Source: Marsupella aquatica (lineage: Eukaryota > Plantae > Marchantiophyta). Taken from it: a stretch of DNA of 64,000 bases. The position numbers and the translations under genes are program-made. The notes below the pieces were generated by a model. It saw only the letters and a list, made by a program, of their open reading frames with translations, was not told where the DNA came from and searched no databases. Below are positions 48,317-61,590 of this stretch, one piece after another (position 1 is the first letter of the stretch; the number at the start of each line of letters is the position of its first letter). Location of the stretch: assembly GCA_973895155.1 (NCBI GenBank), contig OZ316896.1, positions 22,773,722 through 22,837,721 of the forward strand, in the 5' to 3' direction.

Positions 48317-48714
48317 GTTGTTGTCGTGCTCGCCTCCCGGTGACGTTCATCACCTCATGTACTCGTTTCTGCAGTCCAACAACAGCATGAATCAAAATTG
48401 CAGAGAAAGTACGAAATTTGATTCATTGATGGCAGGGAAAGTACCCAGAAACTCAACAAAGCATTCACCATTGTAGTTTCGCTAACAACGATCTCTGTTG
48501 AACGATGTCTTAGCAACTCGAAGCAGTATATATCCTTGCACTACATCTAAATTATCTCACCATACTAATGGTGTGAGCTACAGCCCACTCGCAATACATC
48601 CACATTATCTGAAGCTCTAAGCATTCCCAATCCCTCACGATCCGAAGCTCCGAGCAGCTCCGGATCTGACAAGAATCAAGTTTCCAATTGACTAAATAGA
48701 GATAGATCCCGCAC

Positions 48715-49100
48715 CTCGAACTCTATTGTGAGGAAGGCACTCGTGTTCCGATCAAATTGGTATTCTCAGTTTTCCAACCTAGAGTTGACACGATGTCAGT
48801 GGACCGAAAGAATACGAACGAACAGTATGATGCAAAACAATTTATGAAGTACGCAAATCCAACGAGATACACTTTTGGTGGAGCACAGGTTCTGAATGAG
48901 CTTCGCCTTCAGAATCTATTGTGAGACAGTAAGGAATCGTTTTCCGATCAAAGTGATGTTCTCAGTTTCAAGTGTAGAATTGACAGGATATCAAACGACA
49001 CGCACTCACTACACACACCCGAAGAGTGAGCTTCGACTCAAAGACACAAATCCGACCATATCCACTTTTCGTGGAGTTCGCAGGTTATGAGTGAGCCTGC
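48715..49100. repeat. Degenerate ~195-bp tandem duplication upstream of the first P450
   Basis: tctattgtgag..ttccgatcaaa..ttctcagttt..cactttt..gtggag..caggtt..gagc occurs twice. Confidence 0.6.
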
Positions 49101-50024
49101 TCTTCACAAGCACATGGCAGACTTTATAGTAATAGCCCGATACTCAGAAGGAACAACACTCCACATCATATAAGACAATAATCATGTTTATCATATGGCA
49201 AACTTTATAGTAAAAGCAGCACTGATCCTTATCACATGGCAAACCGTATATTTACAAGCTGATGACAGATTCCTGTGTATAACCCTCCCATGCAGCGTAT
49301 TTTATTACAAGGATTTTACTTTTTCGCCGTAGTGGCTAATGTACAGTGTGTGAAGGAGAAGATTCTCAAAAAGATTCACTATTCAATTATTTTACTGACC
49401 ATCAAATCTCCCTAGATTTAAGGCTGACCTTTAGATTCTGGCTAATGGGGCCTGGGATTAGGTGGAACACTAGCTAATGAGACAGCAAAATAGTAGCCAA
49501 TTTTTGACAAATGTCAAAATGTGGCAAAAGATTTTTGGGGAGGTGAAATTTGGCTAATTTTAGCCACTAGAAAAAACACTCCTCCCATGCTTTTAACTCT
49601 AGAGCTCTACCAGGCTTTCCAGTTTTCCGGCAAGTAGGGAGCTTGTCTTGTCTTGTGTTGGCTTTTTGTTTGTTTGTTGTGGCTTAGACTCTTGGGTTCG
49701 TGGGGCCCTTCTGGTAACATCGGGGTCTTCCCCCTTTCCCCCTTTTATTGGATTTTTGTCTTTGGGACCATGTCTCCTGGTTTGGGGCCATTGTTCTTTT
49801 GACAGTGTGATATATATATGGATGGGGTAATTAAAAAACAACAACAACCAGTGATCTTAAAGAACACTCAATAATGTTTACAATGGTATATATGGAAGTG
49901 ACCTAAAAGCACAAGAGTGCTTAGAGTGGGCATGGAAGTCAGTTCAACCGGTGACCACTCGTAGCATAGCATAGTCCTTCACCTGTTGTTTGAAATCTTG
50001 AACATAATGACACTTATTATCATT

Positions 50025-50275
50025 GTGGAGGGTATATGTGTGTGAGTGGGATGGGTTTTGTGGGTAGTGGATTGGAGTTCTGATTATCTGCTCGGCCCCT
50101 GGTCGTCCACTTTGTGGCCCTGATTTAATCCTCTCTCCTTCCTGGTGCCGGTTCCTGTCGGATCCGTTGGGGCTCACCCTGGTCTGGGTTCCCTACAGAA
50201 AAACTGTCACATTGGGATGGAGGGAGTCTAATTGTATTTCCTCCCCATTTCCGTTCAAGACAAAAAAAAATAAAA
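50025..50275 (+). mobile_element. 5'-truncated SINE copy with poly(A) tail and 19-bp TSD
   Basis: TSD aatgacacttattatcatt at 50006-50024 and 50276-50294. Colinear with 4714-4798 + 6267-6286 + 6601-6740. Confidence 0.9.
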
Positions 50276-51782
50276 AATGACACTTATTATCATTACTTAC
50301 GAGGAGTGTCAACACTATCAACAAGACAAAAAAATTCATAAAAAGCACTGGAGGGACCACTAAATATCTCAGCTACTCTGGGTCCACGTCAGGTCCACCT
50401 TACCTGCCCAGGCTTTTGGGATGAAGGAAATTTTGGCTGAAGAAAGGAATCAATAATGGTGGGATCATAAGGGTCACAATGGAACAGTTTAGGGTTTAGT
50501 TTTGATTATTTATGTTGTTCTGTAGCAAAGTAAAAGGAGATTCTATCTTGACGACTTGTGCAAAATTTGAGTTCTCGCAAGGAAGCCATTCACGCAAGTG
50601 TGAGTCTTGCTATCGATTGTTCAGTAAACAACCACTACTCATAAGACAACATGCAATGGATACAACTAATTTTTTTTTTAATTAATTAAAAAGTGAACAG
50701 AATGGATACAACTAGTGAGCATAAAAATTAGAAAAAAAACCAAGGAAGTGCCCCTAATGTACTGACAAACAGAGATAGTCTTGTCAAGTAAAGATCATTA
50801 CTATTATAGCCTAAAGATGAGGCTTTTTATATATTATATTGTTTTGGGTTAAATACCCTTAGGGAATCTAAAGTGGCGCAAGCATGGCTAAGCACCATTC
50901 TCAGTAGGCTAGCTATGGTTACAAAAGCCGGTCGAGATGCATTATATTGACCTCAACAAGTGCGTCACACAATCTCAGTCAATGATCGAAGAGATTTCTA
51001 CAGTAAGAGTCACAGAAAGTTGTCTAGAGGAATCTGCAAATTGAAAACTGAGTGTGGGCCTTGTGTTCTCAATTATTCCCTGGAGATTTTTCGAGTGATG
51101 TGGGTTCGATAACCTCAAATGCGTTCACACAACAGAAGTTCAAACGTGCGTTCGGTCTCTATCGAATTCGCTTCGAGAGTGGCCATAGATCATCATCCTT
51201 CCATTCAAAGGCTAGAAGCTTTTGGGATGTAATTCGTAGTTGGTATCGTCTCCGGGATCGGCATAGCATATCACTCACCTCAGCTTTCACAACGCCTACT
51301 CGGTGAGCAGATATCTAAACCTCGCACCTAGCAAAAAACGTCTATATATCATTTGCTATCTACTACGTACTGTGATTTTCTAATCAGCGGGTTATTTGTC
51401 TTCTGCTGTCTCCAGTGGGTGATCAGTTCGACGAAAACGATAGTGTGCTCAAAATCCTTTTTGATTAGCGATCACTGATCTTAACTCCTCCAAGTAGATG
51501 ATGATCGAGCTTTTGGTCTACACTTGGGCTCCATCTCTCTTTCATATTGACACTACAGCAGAAGTATTGTGACTGGTTTTTCTCAATTACACTACTAGAT
51601 GGTTACTTCCAGACAAGTGAAGAAAAGCGTGAGCGAACATTCTCATTTGCTGTTCATCATTTTCTCAGTGGGACTCTAGCTGTTCAGTGATCTTTACTGT
51701 CTCGCCTTGCCTCTGTATCAGCATGTGTGCAGTTTCATTCGTGTACATTGCCTGGAGACGTTCGAACTAGCTAGAACACAGG

Positions 51783-53918
51783 ATGGATCAATTAAAACCA
51801 TTCTCGAGTATCTTATCGAATTCATGGCCGGCCAATCCTTCGCAGGAGCTTCTTACCGTGACGTTGGCAATTTCAGTCTTGCTGGTGGTCTTGTACTGGG
51901 GAGCAATCAAGCAAAAGGATAGTGGTCGAAGGCCTCCTGGTCCCCGGCCATGGCCAATCATTGGGAATCTGGCGCTTCTCGGACCGCTTGCCCACCAGGA
52001 CTTTCAAAAGCTTGCGAAACAGTATGGACTAATCTTCCGCTTGCTTTTGGGATCAAAGGAAACTATCGTGGTCTCTTCGCCAAGGGTTGCGGAAGAGGTA
52101 CTCAAGACGCACGACGTCGCGTTTGCCTCCCGACCAAGGCTGTCGCAGTTCACAATCATGGAATACAACCACCAGACCGTGGTCTCGATACCTTATGGAC
52201 CCTCCTGGCGCTCTGCCAGAAAGTTGCTTACCCTTGAGCTGCTGACACACAGAAGAATCCAACAATTCCAGGTTGGATGATGGCCCTGCCAAACTAAGTT
52301 GCAAGCAGGATTACCTAGCCGCTTCAGATATCTTCAATCAATTCTTCACACACGTATGCTAATTGAAGATGCTATGTGTTAATTATCGAATTCCTTATGG
52401 TCCAAGAAAAAGATGAACTTCAGGTTGCACCCAATATTGTTCTCCGGCCGGTGACCCGACGATCACTATCAATCATCCGATTTCGTTCACTCTAAGTTAA
52501 ACCCTCACAAAAATAGGAAACCATTGCATTCATTTGGTTGGATTGTAGGCGGAAGAACAACAATTATGCGACAGAATGCACTTGCTCAACTCTCGTGTCT
52601 GACTTGCAGAGCATAAGAAGACAGGAGGTTCTAAGTGGACTGCACTCTATAATCGAAGAATGTAGAAGTGGGAAAGCAGTGTTCTTGGGTCCCAAGATAA
52701 AGCATCTCGCAATGAACAACATCACTCGGATGACGATGAACTAGACCTTCTTCGGGCCCAACTCTACTGCAGATCCGGACGAGTCTAGAATGGTACTGGA
52801 AAATTTAGAGGAGCTCCTCGCATTAACCGGCTCGTTCGTCATCGGAGATTACATCCCACTCCTGAAGCCCTTCGATTTGCAAGGTCATAGAAAACCGATG
52901 CGAGTAGTGGCAAAAAAAAATGACAAGTTTTTCCAGGCAATAATCGAAGACCGTCGGCAGACACTTCAGTCTTCTCAGCAGTATAACCATAAGCCCGTCA
53001 TGGACTTCCTCGATGTGATGCTGACACGTCCCACCGGAAATGACGAAAAGCCTTTGACAGATACTCAAATCAAAGCAATCTTACTGGTAAGAGGTGTGAA
53101 TGCAATAGAGGGTAACGAATTGAGGTATTACTTTTTGTCGTCATACTCCTCTGGAGTTTGGACATTGCTACGTTGGAAAATGCTTTGCACTTTGCTTCAG
53201 ACAATATTCGAGCTGTCATTTCAATCCTCAATCATGAGATGTGGAATCGCCTGTGCATGCGCAGAATGTGGTGATTGGTGGGACTGATACTTCAAGCGTT
53301 ACGGTGGAGTGGGTAATGGCGAGGCTCTTAAAACACCCGACTGTCCTTCGAAAGGCTCAAGACGAACTGGACGATGTTGTAGGACGAGATCGACTCGTGG
53401 AGGAAGATGACATCCCGAATTTGAAGTACCTGCGTTGCATACTGAGGGAGGTCATGCGATTGCACCCCACTGTAAGGATGACACTTCCCCACGAATGCAT
53501 AGAATCACGAGAGGTGGCAGGGTATCACATACCAGTGAAATCTCAAGTGTTCGTCAGTACGTATGCCATAGGCAGGAACCCTGAAGTATGGGAGCGTCCC
53601 CTTGAGTTTTACCCAGAGAGATTCTTGTCGACTAGCATCGATGTCCATGGGCAAGACTTCGAGCTCTTGCCCTTTGGATCTGGCAGAAGAATGTGCCCCG
53701 GGAAAAATCTGGGACTCCTGTTGGTGCACTATATGCTGGCAGTGTTCCTTCAGACGTGCGATTGGGCTCTTCCTCCGGGTGTCAGCCCTGAGGATGTGGA
53801 TCTAACGGAGGGACCCGGAGTGATTATGGTTTTGAAAACTCCCCTTCAAGCTATTGCGTCTCCAAGATTGCCCATGAGTATCATTGTCGGAGACCAGAAC
53901 ACCGGGTCCTCTCTGTGA
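51783..53918 (+). pseudogene. CYP71-clan P450 with a premature stop (TAG 52742-52744); exons 51783-52271, 52610-53086, 53265-53918
   Basis: MTMN*TFFGPNS aligns with MMMNKTFFGPNS in the paralog. All other motifs and splice sites are intact. Confidence 0.88.
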
Positions 53919-54456
53919 GTTGCAGAGTAGTTCAAATTATTCAGACTGAGACAGTGGAAGAATTGTGGGGAAGCCGACGACGCGGATCTTATGGGAGACG
54001 GCGAGAGAGATCTGAACCAAAATGAAAATGGATAGGATTTTTTCCAGGTCAGTCACCAGCAAAGTCTGGCGCAGCAGCGAGGTACTAGCGTGCTTTCTAG
54101 GGACGTACAGGTGATGGCTCAGGTCTTCCCTTTCCACTGGTTTCAAGAAAAAACCATCTGAGCTCTCGTGGCCAGCTCTTCTGTGTGCCCACTATGCTGA
54201 TGCACTCGTTACGCCCGAACATGACTTTTGCCGGTGGTGGGAGTGTAGAGTAGCCCTGGAAAGCGAGGAGAGAGAGAAAGAGCTACGGCACTTGTTTCTT
54301 TGAGATTTCATCGAATTGCTCTCATGGAAACAGCAAACAACGGGCATTCGAAAAGGGACAGGCCCAGGGGCTCGAAGTGCAGCGAACGGCGCTACCAGGG
54401 CTGCCTGGAAAGGAGCGGTAGCAGAACAAGATGCTCTACTGATAACTCTACTTAGA

Positions 54457-54660
54457 AGGGGGGTTTACAAGAACGAATGGAACCACACTTATTCCTTTTG
54501 GTCAGCTCAGCAATTCTACAACTAAGTGAGGAACTACTAAAGGTACACATCTTCCTTTTGCTTAGTTAAGGAATTCCACAACTAAAGTGGGGTTTTACAA
54601 AAACCACTGGAGGTACACTTCTTCCTTTTGGCCAGCTAAGCAATTCTACAGGTAAGAGGG
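54457..54660. repeat. Short degenerate tandem repeats
   Basis: cacttc/attccttttgg.cagct.agcaattctaca-type units, about 3 copies. Confidence 0.55.
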
Positions 54661-54662
54661 GT

Positions 54663-54883
54663 TTCTTGGAGAATCCAAGAGAGTTCTCACAATATACACA
54701 CTCTTGGAAACCTAGGGAGGAGTTGTCAAAGGCCTCGTGTTTGTCTGTCATGGGTATGGAGCCGACAGTGGATGGCTTGTGCAGCTCACAGCAATGGCGA
54801 TTGCACAAAGAGGGTAGTCTGTGCACGCTATAGACCACAAAGGCCATGGCAAAACAGGACTGAAGGGCTACGTCCCATCAATC
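54663..54883 (+). pseudogene. Fragment of a monoacylglycerol lipase / caffeoyl-shikimate esterase-like alpha/beta hydrolase
   Basis: Manual translation: FLENPREFSQYTHSWKPRE(frameshift)GVVKGLVFVCHGYGADSGWLVQLTAMAIAQRG*SVHAIDHKGHGKTGLKGYVPSI. Has the HGYG and D-x-x-GHG motifs. Confidence 0.8.
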
Positions 54884-56176
54884 TGTGAAGAAACTGAACC
54901 CATGGACCAGGACCTTGGACAAAATGCTCCCCTGGACAAGCGCAACCCCATGGACGGCACTAAAATCTGTTATTTTCTTGGATGGCACACATTTGTTTTA
55001 TGTCCATAAAGTGACCTGTAAAACTAGGTGCACCAGCCATAGCCAGTTCTAAGTCCAGATTAGCCGGTAGTCCATCCACAACCGGAAGGCGTTGTGCTGT
55101 TTCACTTTACCAGTCCATTCATAATTGTAAGAAGCCTCACTGTTTCACTTTACCCACAGTAGTTGAGTGAAGCTGCTGAATGGTGTCCTGTGTTTTCTTC
55201 GCTGCCTTCGCTGATCATTACACACCATTTCTCTTCAAGATTACTTGGAGATGAAATAACGCATCAGCTGTGCTTAAAATTGAAAGTTAAATGCTCTCGA
55301 CTACAGGTGAAACTTCTGGCTCTATCTCTTCTCCTGACAGAAAATGATTCAGCAATGTCTCCTAAAGAAAATTTGTCACTCAACGCCAGGTAGCTACGAT
55401 CCTTATGCACTAACTTGAAATTGGAAAGACTGGAGCTCAGGTCGGGCATATTGAATCAAATCTCTTGATCGAAAACGGCTGTGACAATCTAACGTCGAGA
55501 ATTTACGTGTCCAGTCTCTAGTCATGAAATTGCAAGTGACATTGCTCATTGAATACTCGACTGCAGGAAATCTGCCTGAGCTCGTTGGAAGAGAAATCTA
55601 ATCAGCTTTCCAATGAACCAATAATCATCTGATTTTGATAACAGACAAGAAAGTCTTGTTTGATACATTTGTTGACTAACTAGCTCAGGAAGGACAAATT
55701 TGCCCAGACATTTGGCCTCAGCACTTGCAATAGTGTGAGTGTCAATCTCAGCATCAACTGCTGTTTTTCTTAGAGACAAGACCGAGGAGGACTCTTCGAG
55801 ACAAAATCAAGAAGAACCCTTGTTTCTTTGTTTTCTCTCCTTCCACCAGCACTAGCACTGTTAATACAAATCATGTCTCTCCTGCAAGGCTAATGGCTGC
55901 TAACTACTTTCACAAGCAATGTCTATACCAAGCCTGCCTCCTGGAGGGCCTCATGAAAGGGCTGCCAAACACTGACGGAATACTAAATGTGAGCTAAAGT
56001 ACATCCCAAATTTCAGTAGTGAGGCACTCCACTCATTTTGTCCTTTCTCCTTACTGTCAGGTGTGTAGGTCCCTCCTGGACGTGAGGTTCAGGTGCTCGG
56101 TCTATCTGAGCATCCATTTCATGCGTGAATCACATCAGTGACACAGTAATAGTGAAAAGCCAAAGCCAGGTAAGAA

Positions 56177-56271
56177 CCAGGGTGATTTGGGCTTTTGCGT
56201 CCAATCTCAGAACGCCAGGTTTTACCAGGGTGATTTGGGCTTTTGCGTCCAATCTCAGAACGCCAGGTTTT
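56177..56271. repeat. 48-bp tandem duplication
   Basis: ccagggtgatttgggcttttgcgtccaatctcagaacgccaggtttt occurs twice. Confidence 0.85.
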
Positions 56272-56334
56272 TCACATCAATCTCACTAAGCCAGGTTTCC
56301 AGTGATGTTTTGGGAGTTGAGCGAGTTTGGAGTT

Positions 56335-56585
56335 TCTGAGTGGTGTGTGGGGGGTTGAGGGTGGTAGGGTTTTGGGTGGGAGTTGTCAGTGTGTGAGTTT
56401 GGTTGGGGAGTGGTGTGTGGGGGGTTGAAGGTGGTGGTGTTGAGGGTTTAGGGTGGTAGGGTTTTGGCTGGGGAGTTGTGTGGGAGTTTGGTTTAGGGTT
56501 TAGGGTGGTGGGTGGTGGGTTGTGGGTTTGGGGTGGGTTCAGGAGGTTGGGGAGTGGTGTGTGGCGGGTTGAGGGTGGTGAGGTG
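56335..56585. repeat. G/T-rich low-complexity tract with TTTAGGG units
   Basis: Repeated gagtggtgtgtgggggttga and ggtttaggg. Confidence 0.75.
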
Positions 56586-57087
56586 AGCTCTTTCATAAAC
56601 ACTAGCCTGAATGCCCATTCTTTAAATGTTGATAGCTGGTTGATCTAAATTGGTGTTCTAGGGTGATACAATAGAAAATAATCCAGAAAATGTGATAAAG
56701 TATATATTCAGCATCCTCTCCTCCCAGGCTGACATTTGCCAGACTGGTCAATAAAGAAAACCCTTACAAATACGCCGATTTGGGGGCTTTCTTCGGCCCC
56801 CATCACAACAAGTGAACAGGTTTCAGCAAATTTATATTTACTGTATCAACCCAATAAATCACAATCTTGAGCTACTTTCAAAGGCTAGTGTCTAGAGTGA
56901 AGTCTCTGAATCTTACTAATAAATCCCAAACTTGAGCTAATTACTTTCAAAGGCTAGTGTCTAGAGTGAAACCTCTAAAACCGAGCCCCAAATAAGGGCA
57001 AAACTGGGCTCTAAATAAGTACAAAGTGAGGGTGTAACAGAAACGGGACATAATAGCATGGAATTCTTTTCACACCGACTCTGCAAC

Positions 57088-59266
57088 TCACACCGAGGTC
57101 GGGGTTTTCTGGTCTCCGAGAATGATGCTCATGGACAATCTTGGAGTCGCAATCGCTTGAAGGGGAGTTTTCATAACCAGAACCACTCCAGTTCCCTCCG
57201 TGAGATCCACATCCTCAGGGCTGAGACCCGCAGGCAGAGTCCAATCGCATGTCTGAAGGAACACTGCCAGTATATGCTGCACCAACAGAAGCCCCAGATT
57301 TTTCCCGGGGCACATTCGCCTGCCAGAACCGAAGGGCACGAGCTCGAAGTCTTGCCCATGGACATCGATGGTAGTCGACAAAAATCTGTCTGGGTCAAAC
57401 TCAAGGGGACGCTTCCATACTTCAGGGTTCCTGCCTATGGCGTACATATTGACGAACACTTGAGATTTCACTGGTATCTGATACCCTGCCACCTCTCGTG
57501 ATTCTGTGCATTCGTGGGGAATTGTCATCAGGCCAGTGGGGTGCAATCGCATAATCTCCCTCAGTATACAATGCAGGTATTTCAAATTGGGGATATCATC
57601 TTCCTCCACAAGTCGATCTCGTCCTACAACAGCGTCCAGTTCGTCTTGAGCCTTTCGAAGGATAGTCGGGTGTTTTAAGAGCCTCGCCATTGCCCACTCC
57701 ACCGTAACGCTTGAAGTATCAGTCCCACCAAGCAGCACACTCTGTGCACAAGCGATATTAGATCTCATAATTGAGTATTGAAATGACCAACTCGAATATC
57801 GTCTAAAGCAACGTGCACGAATCTGGGGAAGAATTCTCCAACGTACCAATGTCTAAACTGCAGAGCTGAATGACAATAAAACGCAAGACCTCAATTGGTT
57901 ACAGTCTACGTGCATTCACAACTCTTACCTGTAAGACTCCTTTGATTTGCGTATCCGTGAAAGGTTTTTCGCCATTTCCGGTGGAACTTGTCAGCAGCAA
58001 TTGGAGGAAGTCCATGACAGGCTTATGGTTATCCTGCTGAGAAGACTGAAGTGTCTGCCGACGGTCGTCGATGATTTCCTGGAAAAACTTGTCCATTGTG
58101 TTTGCCACGACTCGCATACGTTTTTTATAACCTTGCAAATCGAAGGGCTTAAGGAGTGGGATGTAATCTCCGACGACGAACGCGCCGCTTAATGCGAAGA
58201 GCTCCTCTACGCTTTCCAGTACCATTTTAGGCTCGTAGGGACCAGCAGCAGAGTTGGGCCCGAAGAAGGTCTTATTCATCATCATCCGAGTGATGTTGTT
58301 CATTAAGAGAAGCTTTAGCTTATGACCCAAAAACACTGCTTTCCCGCTTTTACATTCTTCGATTATAGAGTGCAGTCCACTCAGAACCTCCGCTCTCCTT
58401 AGGCTCTGGCAAAACAGTCAGTGAAATGCAGTTTAGTACATACTGTCGCAGAAGTATTTTTCTTCCGCGAACGTCGAACAAAGTCTACACTAAGTCAATG
58501 CACTCGTTGCCTATTTTTGTAAAAGATTAACCTACAGTGAACGAAATCGGATGACTGAAAGTGGTCGTCGCTGTCACTGACTGGAGAACAATACTGCGTG
58601 CAACCTTGAGTTCATCTGTTTCTTGGACCATAAATGAATCGAGTACTACGAACATAGCATCGTCAATTAGCATGTGTATGCGATAAATTGAATCAAGATG
58701 AAACTCAAATATCTCAAGGAGAAATTGAAGCGACTTGTTAGTGACGCTTGGACTTAGTTTCATTGCTAAGCCGCAATTCCAACCTGGAACTCTTGGACTC
58801 TTTTGTTGGTCAGCAGCTCAAGAGTTAACATCTTTTTGATATCGCGCCAGTATGGTCCATAAGGTGCCGAGACCACGGTCTGGTGGTTGTATTCCATGAT
58901 CGTGAACTGCGACATCGGTGGTCGGGAGGCAAATGCGATGTCGTGCTTCTTGAGTACCTCTTCCGCAATTCTTGGAGAAGAGATGACGAAAGTTTCCTTT
59001 GATCCCAAAAGCAAGCGGAAGATTGGTCCATACTGTGTCGCAAGCTTTTGAAAGTCCTGGTGGGGACGCGGTCCGAGGAGCGCCAGATTCCCAATGATTG
59101 GCCACGGCCGGGGACCAGGAGGCCTTCGACCACTATCCTTTTGCTTGGTTGCTCCCCAGTACAAGAGCACTAGCAAGACTGAAATTGCCACGGCAAGAAG
59201 CTGCTGCGTAGGATCGGCCGGCCACGAAATCGAGAAGAGACTCGACAATCGTTTTAGTTGATCCAT
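57088..59266 (-). CDS. Cytochrome P450, CYP71 clan; exons 59266-58784, 58405-57929, 57741-57088
   Basis: PPGPRPWPIIGNL, FASRP, GGTDT, EIMR, PDRF, PFGSGRRMCPG; no stops seen in the exons. Confidence 0.95.
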
Positions 59267-61504
59267 CCTGTGTTCTAGCTAAGTAGTTCGAACTGCTCCA
59301 CGTGATGCACGCTATGAATCTGCACACACGCTGATATATACCGAGGCAAGGAGAGACAGTAAAGATTACTGAGCAGCTACAAACCTCGGTAAAGGCCCAT
59401 ACACTACCACACTAACAGAGAAAATGATGCGCAGCCCCGGTGCGCAGCAAATGAGAATGTTCGCACACACTTTACTTCACTGGAAGGAAAAATATGGACA
59501 CGGAGTGAAGTGAGAAGACACTGTTTCCGCACACTTTAAGTACTTCACTGGAAGGAAAACTATGGAGTGACATAGTGAAGTGAGAAATACCAGTCACGAG
59601 ACATTTGCTGTAGTGTCAATACGAAAGTGACCAAAAGCTTGAGATCATCTTGCAGGACATCAGTGGTAGCTAAATAATCAAAAAGGAATCTGAGCACACT
59701 CGGTTCAGTCTAACCGATCACCCAGTGTAGACAGCAAAGAGCCCGTTGATCAGAAAACCACAGCAGCAGATCGACAGCAAGTGACAGACGTTGTTTGCTC
59801 GGTGCCAAGTTAAGATATCTTCAATCTGAGCACCTTCATAAGTCGTTGTGAAAGCTCAGGAGAGTGAGATATTGTGCCGATCCCCGACCCCAACTACTAA
59901 TCATATCAAAGAAGCTTTTTCCTCTGAGGAAGGATCCTCTCTCCACATCGCCCTGCAAAGACACAGTAAAGCCTGGGGAAAAGGGAAAAAAGTCTGAAGA
60001 TCGAATTAAGAGGCCAAGAACCCTTTAATTGACAGTCACCAACGACAATAACTAAAACCCCCCAATAAGTTCTTCGAAAGCTTACATCACTGCAGCAGTG
60101 CAGCTCCACTCACACTTTTTGGAATCTAAGTCCTGCAAAGAATCAATGCTGAACAGTTTTTCAATGTCAAAAGTAAGTCCCAAGTTGACTCTCATCCGGA
60201 GAGCGATTTGGTCTAGAGACTCTACAACCTATAACCTGGCATGAGCCCTCTTAGGAGTACTTTACAAGACTTGGGGGCACTTGGGAGTTTTTTTCACCAA
60301 AGCAAACTGGAGGGCCATTGGGGCTAAAAGCATTTTTTTTAAATCCTTTTATTGCCCCCAATGTCTTGAAAAGCCAAGTGCAGCCAATGGTGCCAGATTA
60401 ATTTACTAAAAAACAGAGTGAGCACCCACTCCACCTGAATGTCACATAATCTTTGCCTAATGTCTTTCTAGATGTGAGAAAAGAAGATCTTATGAAGGAC
60501 TGGTGGGTTCATTTTTAATGCAAAATAATGACTTAAAATAAAAATGGACCAAGAGGCCAGAAGAAGAGACCTCCAAAAGAGGTGGTCTAAAATCTAGGAC
60601 AAAAGAATGCTCCACATGAGCAAAAATTGGGCCCCATTACATTCCATGTAGGATTGGTAACAGGTTTGGTTGAAAGTGACCCCAAGGTTTTGTAATTAAA
60701 GTGAACAGCAGCAGTTTCTCCCAAATGGATGGCCGTGATCAGATCTTGGAGACAAAAGTGGAAATTAACTGCCCCCAGGTCTTGTAAAGCCACCCTTAAG
60801 AAAGAGTAACACACACCCTCTATCCATAAGGCCTAAGGACAGACATAGGGGATTGTATGGTATTCACAAAACTCCAGTATTTCCTAAATATTTTTAACAA
60901 AGTCTTTTGCTAAGTAAACCATACTTTAGTCAAGACTCCCGCCTACATGTTGTAAGAAATCTCTAATAAGAAAAGGAACATAAATGATGGAGAACATTCG
61001 GCCTATCAAATGTTTCTTCTCTATGGAGTAGTGGTTTGGCAGAACATCAACCACACGCGACTCTATCATAATTATGACTCTTAACCAAAGTACTACTTAG
61101 GCTTTGCCTGCACACTTAGACTCTGTTACAAAGCAAACATGACTCAGTTAGAAATAAATAGGTGTTGCCATAACATAAACCACAACTCCACAAACTAAGG
61201 AGAAGTCAATGACACAAAGTCAATCAAGCTGGAGTGGGCGACAAAAAGTGAAGGGTACCAAAACATAAACCTGAAGTCTATGGCACAAAGTTGACTGGGT
61301 AGCCAGGAGTGGGTGACAAAATGGTAGCTTGTATAGACTTATGTTTTGGAAAACTCGGGCCGGAGCAGGTAGCAACATTGGGGACTGGGACAGGCAGTGT
61401 ATGGGGCCCAAGAGAATGGGCGAGCATTAACTTGATGTAGACTGAACGTGTGTGGTGGTACAGGGCCCAGGGAAAATGAGGTCAGTCTGTAGTACTAACA
61501 CGCA

Positions 61505-61590
61505 GTGGTATGCTTTACTTTGGCAGCTCTAAAGGTTACCTGTGCAGCGGTATGCTTTACTTTGGCAGCTCTAAAGGTTACCTGTGCAGC
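61505..61590. repeat. 42-bp tandem duplication
   Basis: ggtatgctttactttggcagctctaaaggttacctgtgcagc occurs twice. Confidence 0.85.

Noticed and set aside
49596-49850. Possible LINE/SINE 3' end with A/(CAA)n tail
   Set aside because: No TSD or second copy was found.
54075-54155. FLKPVEREDLSHHLYVPRKHA on the minus strand, faintly like a B3-domain start
   Set aside because: Too short and no continuation.
38886-59266. Biosynthetic gene cluster (TBL + P450s + esterase)
   Set aside because: No scaffold-forming enzyme; TBLs act on wall polysaccharides; the esterase is only a fragment.
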